In this document: positions 27,222 through 35,734 of the stretch, in pieces | Position numbering within the stretch: the first letter of the stretch is position 1 | How the letters are laid out: each line of letters starts with the position of its first letter | Assembly: GCA_947648385.1 (NCBI GenBank) | Contig: CANSNO010000002.1 | Location: 482 to 64,481 of the forward strand | DNA: 64,000 nt | Source of the DNA: an uncultured Clostridia bacterium | GTDB lineage: Bacteria; Bacillota; Clostridia; Oscillospirales; Butyricicoccaceae | Direction: 5' to 3' | Translations under genes and position numbers: made by a program | Notes under the pieces: generated by a model | Told to the model about the DNA's origin: nothing | Database searches by the model: none | Seen by the model: only the letters and a program-made list of their open reading frames with translations

Positions 27222-30200
27222 GTGAACAGGCTGACTGCCAAAATGATATTCCGCTCCATCAAGTCCTCCATGGGCCGCTTTGCCGCCATCTTCGCCATTT
27301 CGGCCCTCGGGGTCGGTTTTTTGGCAGGACTGTCGGCGGCCACGCCCGATATGGCCCTTTCGGGCTCGAGGTACTTTGAAAATAACCGTCTGGCCGACGT
27401 GAGGGTGCTTTCAAACGTCGGCCTCGACATGGGCGACGCCGAGGAGCTTGAGAGGATAGACGGAGTTAAAAGCGTCATGGCCGTCAAAAACCTTGACGCT
27501 CTTTTTGTCACGCCCGAAAACGAGACGATAGGGGTCACCGTCATCGGCCTTGAGCCGGAAGTCATGCTTGACCGTCCCGTCAACCGCCTGACACTTGTCT
27601 CGGGACGCCTGCCCGAAAAGAGCGGAGAATGTCTTGTCGAGCATACCATCGAGGCCGTCGCCGCCCTTGAAATAGGCGAAAAGCTGGAATATTCCCCCCA
27701 GAACGACGGCGACACCGACGATATCTTCCTGCCCCGACAGCTTACCGTTGTCGGCGTGGTTGAAAACCCCTATTATATGTCTATGCAGAGGGAACAGACC
27801 TCCGTCGGAAACGGCAAGATAAGCCAGGTGGTTTATGTGTCGGAAGATGCTTTCGACATGGATTATTACACTGCCGTATATCTGACCGTAGAGGGCGCCG
27901 AGGGTGAGATATCCATGAGCGACGGCTACTGGGAGGTCGCCTCCCCCGTCGTCGACAGGATAGAAAAGCTTGCCGAGACGCAGAAATACTCGCGCCACGG
28001 CAGGGTGCTTTCCGAGGCCCGTGAGAAGATAGACGACGCGTGGGCGACCTATTATGATAAAAAGGCCGAGGCCGACGAGGAGTTTGCCAAGGCCGAGGAT
28101 AAGATAGCCAAGGCCGAGGCCGACATTGCCGACGGCAAGCGCACCCTCAATGAAAAGGAGACCGAGGCCCGTCAGGAGATTGCCGACGGCGAAAGGGAGC
28201 TGGCCGACGCCTATGAGGAGCTTGTTCAGGGCGAAAAAGACCTTGAAAAGGGAAAACAGGACTATAAGGACGGAAAAAAGGAATATGAGGACGGACTGGC
28301 GAAATATCAGGACGGTCTTAAAGAATACGAGGATGGCAGGGCCGATTATGAGGAGGGTCTTGCCGAATACGAAAAGGGCAAAAAGGAGTATGAGGACGGC
28401 GAAAAGTCCCTCTCCTCCGGCCGCCGCAGGTTAAGGGAGGCCGAAAGCAAGTACGACGCCGGATACGCCCAATACAAGGCCGGTCTGGAGCAGCTTCAGG
28501 CGGGGCAGGAGCAGCTTGACGCTTCCGCCGCGGCGTTGGCTCAAATGCTGGGCCTCAGCGGCGTGACGTCGGCCCAAATGCTGATAGATATAGCCGATTC
28601 CGACCCCGCGGTCGAGGCGGCCATAGGGGCCTATCTCGTCCCAATAAGGCAGGGCCAGGCCGAACTGGACGAGGGCAGAGCCGCGCTGGAGGCCACGGGC
28701 AGACAGCTTGACGAAGCGGCGGACCAGATAAGCCGCGGATGGGACAAGATATACGACGGTGAAAACGAGCTGAAAAAGGCCAAAAGGCAGCTTCTCAACG
28801 CGTGGCTGACCCTTGAGGACGGCCGCCGCGAGCTTGAGGAGGCCGAGGCCGAGCTGGAGGACGCCCGAACAGAGCTGGAGGACGCGAAAATCGAGCTTGA
28901 GGACGCCGAAAAGGATATAGCGCAGGCCGAGACAGACCTTAAAGACGGCTGGCGCGAATATTATGACGGCGTAAAGGAGCTTGAGGACGGCAAGAAAGAG
29001 CTGGAGGAAGAGGTCTCAAAGGCCCGAGCCGACATAGCCAAGGGAGAGGCCGACCTTGCTGAGGGCAAAAAGGACTATGAGGAGGCCAAGGCCGAGGCCG
29101 AACAGAAGCTGGCCGACGCCGAATACGAGATAAGGGACGCCGAGGCCAAGCTGGAGGACATCTCCGAGCCGAAATGGTATGTCCTCGACAGGGACAGCAT
29201 ACTTGTGACGGCAGGCTTTGACAGCAATATACAAAAGGTGGCGTCAATAGCCAAGGTGTTTCCCGTTTTCTTCTTCATGATAGCAGCCCTCGTCTGCCTG
29301 ACCACCATGACGAGGATGGTCGAGGAGGAGAGAGGCCTTATCGGCACCATGAAGGCGCTGGGCTATTCCTCGGGCGCCATATCCTCAAAATACCTCATCT
29401 ATGCCTTTTCGGCGTCGGTGACGGGCAGCCTGCTGGGCCTGACCGTCGGCTTCAGGGTGTTCCCCGAGGTCATATGGCACGCCTACGGCATAATGTACCG
29501 CCTGCCCGAGCTATACACCCCATTCAACGTGGGCTACGCCGCCTTTTCGTCTCTTTCAACCCTTGCCTGCATCATGGCGGCCACATGGTGGGTATGCCGT
29601 GAATCTCTCGGGGAATCGGCGGCCTCCCTCATGCTGCCCAAGGCTCCGCAGCCGGGCAAGAGGGTTTTCCTTGAAAAAATAGATTTCATCTGGAGCCGCC
29701 TTTCCTTTAACGGCAAGGTGACCGTCAGGAACCTTTTCAGGTATAAAAAGAGGTTCTTTATGACGGTCGTCGGCGTGTCGGGCTGTGCCGCCCTTTTGGT
29801 GGCCGGCTTCGGCTTGAGGGATTCCATATCGGATATACTCAGCAACCAGTTCGAGACCCTTTGGGGCTTTGATCTCATGGTGGGCGTCAGACCGCCCGAC
29901 GAGGAGCCGATAGACGAAAGGCTGTCGGCAATAGTTGAAAGCCTTGACGGCTATATGGCCGTCGGTCAGGAGAGCGGCAAGGTGTCGCTGAAGGGCGGCG
30001 CTACCTCGGAGGTGACGATATACGTGCCTGAGGACCCGAATATGTTTGCCGAGGATTATGTCCTTTTCCGTACACGCGTGGGCCATAACCCCGTGGAGTT
30101 CGGTCCCGGCAGGGCCGTGCTGACAGAAAAAGCGTCGCGAACCATCGGCGCTTCGGTGGGCGACGAGATAACGCTGGAGGACGCCGACGGGGAACAGGTG

Positions 30201-30842
30201 ACCGTCACTCTGGCCGGAATAACCGAAAACTATATACAGGGCTTTATATATGTGGCCCCCGACCTTTATGAGAGCATTTTCGGCAGACAGGCCGAAATGA
30301 ATATGCTGTTCTGCCGCGCAGGCAGGCCGGACGAGGAGACAAGGGAGGCTTTGGCACGGGATATACTCAAATGCAGCTCGGCCGTCTCATGTACCTTCAC
30401 TCAGGACACGGCCGAAAACTTCGGAGATACCTTCAAGAGCATAGATATGATAGTTATAGTCCTCATTGTCAGCGCCGGTCTGCTGGCCTTTGTCGTTCTT
30501 TATAACCTGACCAATATCAACATCAACGAGCGCCACAAGGAGATAGCCACCCTCAAGGTTCTGGGCTTTTACGAGGGTGAGGTGGCCTCCTATATCCTCA
30601 AGGAGACCAACATCCTGTCGGCTCTCGGCGGTCTTATGGGCATGGCCCTCGGCAAGGTGCTGCACGCCTTTGTCGTCAGGACGGCCGAGGTGGACATGGT
30701 CATGTTCGGCAGGGTGATAGTCACGAAAAGCTATTTCAACGCCTTTTTGATGACAATGCTCTTTTCGCTGGCCGTCAGCCTGTTTATGCTCAAAAGGCTT
30801 AAAAAGGTCTCCATGGTCGAATCCTTAAAAGCGCCCGAGTAA
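27222..30842 (+). CDS. FtsX-family ABC permease, 1206 aa, two FtsX modules with a giant coiled-coil extracytoplasmic domain
   Basis: GTG start 1 nt after the ATPase stop. An N-terminal TM segment is followed by ~620 aa that include a ~380-aa E/K/A/D-rich coiled coil. The first FtsX TM bundle is VFPVFFFMIAALVCLTTMTRMVEEERGLIGTMKALGY. A second extracytoplasmic domain and FtsX bundle follow (ERHKEIATLKVLGF). Confidence 0.85.
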   Translation: MNRLTAKMIFRSIKSSMGRFAAIFAISALGVGFLAGLSAATPDMALSGSRYFENNRLADVRVLSNVGLDMGDAEELERIDGVKSVMAVKNLDALFVTPENETIGVTVIGLEPEVMLDRPVNRLTLVSGRLPEKSGECLVEHTIEAVAALEIGEKLEYSPQNDGDTDDIFLPRQLTVVGVVENPYYMSMQREQTSVGNGKISQVVYVSEDAFDMDYYTAVYLTVEGAEGEISMSDGYWEVASPVVDRIEKLAETQKYSRHGRVLSEAREKIDDAWATYYDKKAEADEEFAKAEDKIAKAEADIADGKRTLNEKETEARQEIADGERELADAYEELVQGEKDLEKGKQDYKDGKKEYEDGLAKYQDGLKEYEDGRADYEEGLAEYEKGKKEYEDGEKSLSSGRRRLREAESKYDAGYAQYKAGLEQLQAGQEQLDASAAALAQMLGLSGVTSAQMLIDIADSDPAVEAAIGAYLVPIRQGQAELDEGRAALEATGRQLDEAADQISRGWDKIYDGENELKKAKRQLLNAWLTLEDGRRELEEAEAELEDARTELEDAKIELEDAEKDIAQAETDLKDGWREYYDGVKELEDGKKELEEEVSKARADIAKGEADLAEGKKDYEEAKAEAEQKLADAEYEIRDAEAKLEDISEPKWYVLDRDSILVTAGFDSNIQKVASIAKVFPVFFFMIAALVCLTTMTRMVEEERGLIGTMKALGYSSGAISSKYLIYAFSASVTGSLLGLTVGFRVFPEVIWHAYGIMYRLPELYTPFNVGYAAFSSLSTLACIMAATWWVCRESLGESAASLMLPKAPQPGKRVFLEKIDFIWSRLSFNGKVTVRNLFRYKKRFFMTVVGVSGCAALLVAGFGLRDSISDILSNQFETLWGFDLMVGVRPPDEEPIDERLSAIVESLDGYMAVGQESGKVSLKGGATSEVTIYVPEDPNMFAEDYVLFRTRVGHNPVEFGPGRAVLTEKASRTIGASVGDEITLEDADGEQVTVTLAGITENYIQGFIYVAPDLYESIFGRQAEMNMLFCRAGRPDEETREALARDILKCSSAVSCTFTQDTAENFGDTFKSIDMIVIVLIVSAGLLAFVVLYNLTNININERHKEIATLKVLGFYEGEVASYILKETNILSALGGLMGMALGKVLHAFVVRTAEVDMVMFGRVIVTKSYFNAFLMTMLFSLAVSLFMLKRLKKVSMVESLKAPE
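28255..28405 (+). repeat. In-frame 21-nt (7-aa) tandem repeats xxYxDGx inside the permease coiled coil
   Basis: KDYKDGK-KEYEDGL-AKYQDGL-KEYEDGR-ADYEEGL-AEYEKGK-KEYEDGE. Confidence 0.8.
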
Positions 30843-30866
30843 GCTTTGATTGACAGGGCCGATAAA

Positions 30867-30902
30867 AACAGGGATTATTTTTTGTATAATCCCTGTTTTT
30901 TG
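30867..30902 (+). terminator. Intrinsic terminator of the ABC operon
   Basis: AACAGGGATTAT-loop-ATAATCCCTGTT followed by TTTTTT. Confidence 0.85.
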
Positions 30903-30931
30903 TTGACAAACGATTGACGGAATGGTATTAT
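30903..30931 (+). promoter_or_regulatory. Sigma-A type promoter of the cold-shock gene
   Basis: TTGACA (30903-30908), 17 nt spacer, TATTAT (30926-30931). Confidence 0.55.
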
Positions 30932-30959
30932 GATAATGGATTCTGAATGTACTAATTGA

Positions 30960-31022
30960 ACTCACATATTTTTGTAATTCATGCTGTATTTTCCTGAATT
31001 ACTAAAATATGTGAGTTTTTTT
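30960..31022 (+). promoter_or_regulatory. Long hairpin plus U-tract inside the csp 5' UTR
   Basis: ACTCACATATTTT (30960-30972) pairs perfectly with AAAATATGTGAGT (31004-31016). An inner GTAATTCA/TGAATTAC helix follows, then TTTTTTT. Confidence 0.6.
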
Positions 31023-31079
31023 AATTGCCGTCCGAGTCCAACATCTTGGCGCAAAGCGCCGTTAAAAGGAGAAATCATC

Positions 31080-31292
31080 ATGAAAACAGGCACAGTTAAA
31101 TGGTTCAACGCTACAAAGGGCTTTGGTTTCCTGGCTTGCGACGAGGGCGGAGACGACGTATTTGTTCATTTCTCGGCTATCCAGGTCGACGGCTTTAAGA
31201 CACTTGAAGAGGGCCAGAAGGTCGAGTTCGAGGTCGAGGATGATCCCAAGAACACAGGCAAGCTGAGAGCTGTCAACGTTCGTCCCCTCTAA
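31080..31292 (+). CDS. Cold-shock protein (CspA family)
   Basis: [18 protein letters not shown] (RNP1) and DVFVHFSAI (RNP2). AAAGGAGA RBS. Confidence 0.93.
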   Translation: MKTGTVKWFNATKGFGFLACDEGGDDVFVHFSAIQVDGFKTLEEGQKVEFEVEDDPKNTGKLRAVNVRPL

Positions 31293-31308
31293 TTTTCAGA
31301 GCAGATAA

Positions 31309-31342
31309 AGCACGGGCCGTAAGGCCCGTGCTTTTTTGTTTT
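31309..31342 (+). terminator. Intrinsic terminator of csp
   Basis: AGCACGGGCC-GTAA-GGCCCGTGCT followed by TTTTTTGTTTT. Confidence 0.85.
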
Positions 31343-31445
31343 CACCCCCCGCGGCAAAAACCCCTGTGGCTATTGACAAACGGCGGCTTTTATTGTATTC
31401 TATTATTTGCCTGAAAAATCCCTTTCGGGCGCAAAAATCATATAC

Positions 31446-31537
31446 GGAGCGGTATCGAAGTGGTCATAACGGCCCCGACTCGAAATCGGGTAAACCTGTA
31501 AAAAGGTCCGTGGGTTCGAATCCCACCCGCTCCGCCA
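31446..31537 (+). tRNA. tRNA-Ser (anticodon CGA), CCA encoded
   Basis: Folded by hand. Acceptor stem GGAGCGG/CCGCTCC, anticodon stem CCCGA/TCGGG with loop CU-CGA-AA, a long variable arm (ACC..GGT), T arm GTGGG-TTCGAAT-CCCAC, and discriminator G plus CCA. Confidence 0.9.
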
Positions 31538-31701
31538 TACCCCGCGAGGTTTGATATTCAAGCCTCGAGGGGTTTTTCCTTATTTGTCAAGCGATACGGC
31601 GATTGTTTCAATGTAAAAAACTTGGGAACATATGTTTTGAAAAATGTCTTAAAAGCAACTGAAAAATAAATTATGCAACTCGAAAAGCAACTCGCACAGG
31701 G

Positions 31702-32751
31702 TCAGCGGTCATCGTTTGAAGCGGCCTTGCCGAGCAGGATATCAGTGTGAGAGAGGATCCTGTCGTTGAACACATTAAGGCTCTCGGGAAATATATGACT
31801 GTACACCTTGTCCACCATGGCGGTGGAGCTGTGCCCCATCATAATTGCCATGTATTTTGAAGGTATGCCCTCAAGGGAGCCCATAGAGGCAAAATAATGG
31901 CGTAAATCGTGGAAACGGCAATGCGGAAGTCCTGCGGAAGCCAAGAGGCGAAGCCATTTGCTGGTCAAATTGGATGGGTCTATGGCGCATACCATATCTG
32001 AGTCTCCCCTTTTTAGGACACGCAGTCTGTCGGCCAGCGCTTTGGAGCATCCGACTTCACGGTAACCGGCATAAGATTTAGGCTGCTTGACAGTGTACCC
32101 GTCAGGGCCTCGTACAACAGCGTTTTTAACGGTCACATGGGTATCGTCGATATCCTGCCATTTGAGGGCGCATATCTCGGAGCGGCGCAGGCCGCACTGT
32201 GACGCCAGCAAAAAGGGTATCTCCATATCCGTATCCTTGACCACATCATATATTTTGCTTATCTCTTCAGGCGTGGGTATATGTAAATCGGGCTTTTTTC
32301 TCGCCGGAAGAGTGATATCAAAGCGAAGCTCCGGCGTAAACATTTTCAGAGTGGAAGTAAGCACCCCAAAAATATTTCGTACCGTCTTTGGCGACAAGGC
32401 TGACGCTTCAAAATTGATGGCTCTCTGTACAGTCTCGGCTGTCAGCGACGAGAGGCGCGCATCTCTGAGGCCTGCCAGGCGGTTGCGTCGTATGCTCAAA
32501 TACCCCTTGAGTGTCGACGGCGATACAATGTTGCGTTTGCTGTCGATATACTTGTCAATAGCCTCGCCGACAGTCATGGCGGACGGGTCGCCGTCATTGT
32601 GATTGGTGGCGGCGTATTCCGACGCCGCAAACTCGGCCTCCCTGCGGCTGTCGGCTGTGAAGGATCTATATATCCTTTTGCCGTTTTCATCCTTGCCTGT
32701 GTAGAGCAGGACGCGCCACCTTCCGGAGGGGGTCTTTTTTGCTTTTGCCAT
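31702..32751 (-). CDS. Tyrosine-type site-specific integrase
   Basis: SAM-like N-domain, then catalytic residues in LRRSEICAL (Arg), HDLRH and GHSS...Y (His-x-x-Arg, Tyr in VYSHI). Confidence 0.9.
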   Translation of the reverse strand: MAKAKKTPSGRWRVLLYTGKDENGKRIYRSFTADSRREAEFAASEYAATNHNDGDPSAMTVGEAIDKYIDSKRNIVSPSTLKGYLSIRRNRLAGLRDARLSSLTAETVQRAINFEASALSPKTVRNIFGVLTSTLKMFTPELRFDITLPARKKPDLHIPTPEEISKIYDVVKDTDMEIPFLLASQCGLRRSEICALKWQDIDDTHVTVKNAVVRGPDGYTVKQPKSYAGYREVGCSKALADRLRVLKRGDSDMVCAIDPSNLTSKWLRLLASAGLPHCRFHDLRHYFASMGSLEGIPSKYMAIMMGHSSTAMVDKVYSHIFPESLNVFNDRILSHTDILLGKAASNDDR

Positions 32752-32962
32752 AATAGCACTCCTTTTTGAAAAAACTTGTATTCAAAAGGAGCGTATGATA
32801 TAATACAGTTGCCTACTGTGTTATGGATGCATACGCTCCATAATACCGTTATGCCCCTTCGGCCCCCCAGCCGGAGGGGCATTTTTTATTTTAATCGGCA
32901 CCTTCGATAGGCTGGCTACACTCATACAGATGTTCCGGCGCGATAGGGGCGGTTTTTTATGC

Positions 32963-33391
32963 CTAAAAATACAGCTCGGTGGCCAGATTGCCATGGACAT
33001 AGTAGCACACGGCCTTACGCATAAAATCTTCCGTCACGCCAAAATGCTCGGCCAGTTCCCAGATAGTGCCGCAACCCTCGGCGATGGCGTCATCAAGCTC
33101 GTCCACAGTTATCAGGTGTTTGACTGCCCATTTGTCTGCGCGGTTTTCATGTTTTCGGCGAACATCACATAAAGCAAACCTATTGTAAAAGGCACCCTGC
33201 ACGCAGTGGCCCAGCTCGTGAGCCAGTTTGCAACGCTCGTCGTCGTAGCCGGTCAGCTGCATGGGATCAATAGCTATATAGCAGCGTCCGTCGTCATCCA
33301 TGACAGACAGCGCCTCGCGGGAGTGCAGTTCATAGCTGTCAATCGTTATTTGGTTGTCGTCAGCCAGTGCATATAGCTCGGTCAGGGTCAT
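32963..33391 (-). CDS. ImmA/IrrE-family metalloprotease (anti-repressor protease)
   Basis: HEXXH motif in LAHELGHCV. Positioned immediately downstream of, and overlapping, the XRE repressor gene. Confidence 0.85.
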   Translation of the reverse strand: MTLTELYALADDNQITIDSYELHSREALSVMDDDGRCYIAIDPMQLTGYDDERCKLAHELGHCVQGAFYNRFALCDVRRKHENRADKWAVKHLITVDELDDAIAEGCGTIWELAEHFGVTEDFMRKAVCYYVHGNLATELYF

Positions 33392-33780
33392 TCTTTCTTC
33401 TTTTCCTTTCGTTTTCTCTCCTCAATATAGCGCGCGTAATTGCGCACATCGTCCAAGTCATCCGTGGTCATTTTGGAAGGGTCGCCAAACAGCGCATACA
33501 TAAGGCTGTCATCGTCCAGCGCGCCCGGGAGTGGCTTGTCGCTCAGTTCAACATGGATATCATCACACCCGGATATTAACTCGTCAAGGGTCATTGACAT
33601 ACCCAGCGCAAGTTTGTTAAGCACGCCAAGAGTAGGCACCATGGGTTTGCCTGTCTGGGGGTTGATCTCCTTCTCGATTAAGGATATGTATCCTGTTGAT
33701 AGGCCGCACTGTGCACCCATCTGCCGTTGAGATAGGTTGTGCTGATGCCGGTAATCCACGATTAATTGCGCCAAGGTCAT
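33388..33780 (-). CDS. XRE-family phage repressor (CI/ImmR-like)
   Basis: The HTH is LSQRQMGAQCGLSTGYISLIEK. M at 33780, behind AGGAGG, is preferred to the track start at 33888. Confidence 0.8.
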   Translation of the reverse strand: MTLAQLIVDYRHQHNLSQRQMGAQCGLSTGYISLIEKEINPQTGKPMVPTLGVLNKLALGMSMTLDELISGCDDIHVELSDKPLPGALDDDSLMYALFGDPSKMTTDDLDDVRNYARYIEERKRKEKKKE

Positions 33781-33881
33781 ATAATAAATATCCTCCTGTG
33801 CTTTTGTCAAAAAAATTTTACACCATCCAAATTGATATGTCAAGAGGAATGTAAAAACTTTTTGATTTTTGTAAAAAGCTA

Positions 33882-33910
33882 TTGACAACGGATGTAGAAT
33901 GAGGTATCAT
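33882..33910 (+). promoter_or_regulatory. Early rightward promoter (cro-like gene)
   Basis: TTGACA (33882-33887), 17 nt spacer, TATCAT (33905-33910). A divergent TTGACA-17-TAAAAT lies on the minus strand around 33813-33841. Confidence 0.55.
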
Positions 33911-33947
33911 CATCTTGTCAAAAAATTTAGACGAAAGGAGGAAGAAA

Positions 33948-34145
33948 ATGAATTGTAAAATCAGGGAGCTGCGCAAGTCCAAAAATCTCTCGCAGGAGGA
34001 GCTGGCGATCATAAGTGGAGTGAGCCGTCAGGCCATTTCGTACCTGGAAAACGGAGGCCGCGACGCGATGACTAAGACGCTTGATAAAATTGCCAAGGCG
34101 CTCGGGACAACAGTGTCAGCTCTTTTTTTTGACGATAATGTCTAA
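33948..34145 (+). CDS. Cro-like XRE-family HTH protein
   Basis: GAAAGGAGG RBS before ATG 33948. LSQEELAIISGVSRQAISYLENG. Confidence 0.75.
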   Translation: MNCKIRELRKSKNLSQEELAIISGVSRQAISYLENGGRDAMTKTLDKIAKALGTTVSALFFDDNV

Positions 34146-34276
34146 ATATTTAGACAGAAGTAACGCTACTGCAAGCCCCAACGGCCATGCATTTTTTATC
34201 ATGCATTAGGGAGGATGATTAAAGGATAGCAAAGAAACAGTCCGTTTATCTGGACAGCAAAAGGAGGTGAGAGAGA

Positions 34277-34561
34277 ATGCCGAAGATCACACTGACCGAA
34301 AAGGCAAAAAACGATGAGCTGCTGAGGCGCGTCATTCGTATGGGAATGGCCCGACAGGGGATGTCGACGGTATCCCAGCTTGCATCGCGCGTCGGCCTTG
34401 GCCGTTCTACCCTGTCGGCCAAGCTGGTAGATCCCGACACCTTCAGACTGGGCGAGCTGAGAAGGATATATAAAACCCTCAGGATGGAGTGCCCCATCGA
34501 CCGCGACGATAAATTATGTCTTCAAAGCGGCAATATATCGGGGGACTTGTCACCCGAATAA
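34277..34561 (+). CDS. Small phage regulatory/HTH-like protein (hypothetical)
   Basis: AAAGGAGGTGA RBS. MSTVSQLASRVGLGRSTLSAKL resembles an HTH. Confidence 0.5.
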   Translation: MPKITLTEKAKNDELLRRVIRMGMARQGMSTVSQLASRVGLGRSTLSAKLVDPDTFRLGELRRIYKTLRMECPIDRDDKLCLQSGNISGDLSPE

Positions 34562-34942
34562 CAGTGAAGGGGTCTGCTCGATAGCCTTGAAGAACGGGAC
34601 GCCGAGATAGGCATAAAAGGCCAGATAAAAAATCATATCTCTGGGAGAGGTGATATCCTTCAACGGGGCTCCGATGATCTCCGTGACACGGTCGGAGGCC
34701 AGCAGGTTGCTCCAGCATTGGTTGCACAGCCGCTCGATGCGGCGGGAAATGCCCTTGACGGATACCGTTCTCAGCCTTTGGGCCACAACGGGATAGACAT
34801 CCTTTGTCACGAGGATATCATCCATGGGTATGCCCTGTACAAACATCAGCTCAATGGCGGTGTCTACGGCATATATAAGCGGACGGATGTCGCTTCGGAC
34901 GATGCCGAAAATCGAGCGCACAAGCGATTCTGTTTTCGTCAT
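34550..34942 (-). CDS. Spo0A C-terminal (DNA-binding) domain-only protein
   Basis: [33 protein letters not shown] aligns to B. subtilis Spo0A [44 protein letters not shown] aligns to PTNSEFIAMVA. There is no receiver domain. Confidence 0.7.
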   Translation of the reverse strand: [130 protein letters not shown]

Positions 34943-35078
34943 ATTTTTCCACCTTAATCATTGGATATTTACATAATACGACGGTAAAAAACATTATTGA
35001 CGGTGTGCGACGGAAGGCGACACACGGCGACATATCATAACGCCGGAACTTAATCCAAAAATAAAATCGGAGGATATT

Positions 35079-35318
35079 ATGAAAAGGATAACCATTGAGA
35101 TCGACGAGAACACCCGTGGCGGGAGGATCCTCGAAAGGGGCCTTGACGGCCTGATCGACGCCCTTATCGGTCTGGACAGGAGCGAGATCGATTTTTGTCA
35201 GCATCTGGATATATGCGAGGGTGAAATGATATTCCGCGACGGCGTCATTCCCCGTGAGCGTTGCCGCAAATGCCTTGAGGAGTGGCTCAACGCTCCGGCG
35301 GAGGGGGATCATGAATAG
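35079..35318 (+). CDS. Phage early protein (hypothetical)
   Basis: GGAGGA RBS, first gene of the rightward early block, no recognised motif. Confidence 0.4.
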   Translation: MKRITIEIDENTRGGRILERGLDGLIDALIGLDRSEIDFCQHLDICEGEMIFRDGVIPRERCRKCLEEWLNAPAEGDHE

Positions 35319-35520
35319 CTTTAACAGATCAGCCTTTAATAGGGCCGAAAGGGAGTATCTGGAGCCGAAGGAGCCCAAGCTCAGCGGCATAAGGTGCGAT
35401 GAGTGCCTGGAATACATCCCCGAATGGGGCGGCTATTATGAGCTGGCCGGAAAGATAATTTGCTCAAATTGTATGGAGGGGGCGAGAGAGCAGTATGCAG
35501 AACCCGCATATCCCGATTAA
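35311..35520 (+). CDS. Small Cys-rich phage protein (hypothetical)
   Basis: ATG 35311 overlaps the upstream stop. CDEC...CSNC is a zinc-ribbon-like pair. Confidence 0.45.
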   Translation: MNSFNRSAFNRAEREYLEPKEPKLSGIRCDECLEYIPEWGGYYELAGKIICSNCMEGAREQYAEPAYPD

Positions 35521-35734
35521 GGACAAGCTGTGGAAGGCCGCCGTGATAATGGCCCTGACAGTCATTACATATGAGATCGCCCATCATCAGGCCACGGCGC
35601 GGAGAGGCTACGAGGCCGTGGGCGGCGAGCTGCTTATCTGGATACTTCCCGCCATGGCGTGGGCCGTCAGGCGCACAGTGGCCGACTGGCTCAATGAAAT
35701 AAGGGAGATGTGCCATGAGCAAGCAGAGGACTGA
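35495..35734 (+). CDS. Small phage membrane protein (hypothetical)
   Basis: Two hydrophobic helices (AAVIMALTVITYEI and LLIWILPAMAWAV). Confidence 0.4.
   Translation: MQNPHIPIKDKLWKAAVIMALTVITYEIAHHQATARRGYEAVGGELLIWILPAMAWAVRRTVADWLNEIREMCHEQAED

Noticed and set aside
26366-27715. 449-aa minus-strand ORF
   Set aside because: It lies antisense to the ABC ATPase and the start of the permease. It is Ser/Arg/Pro-rich shadow sequence.
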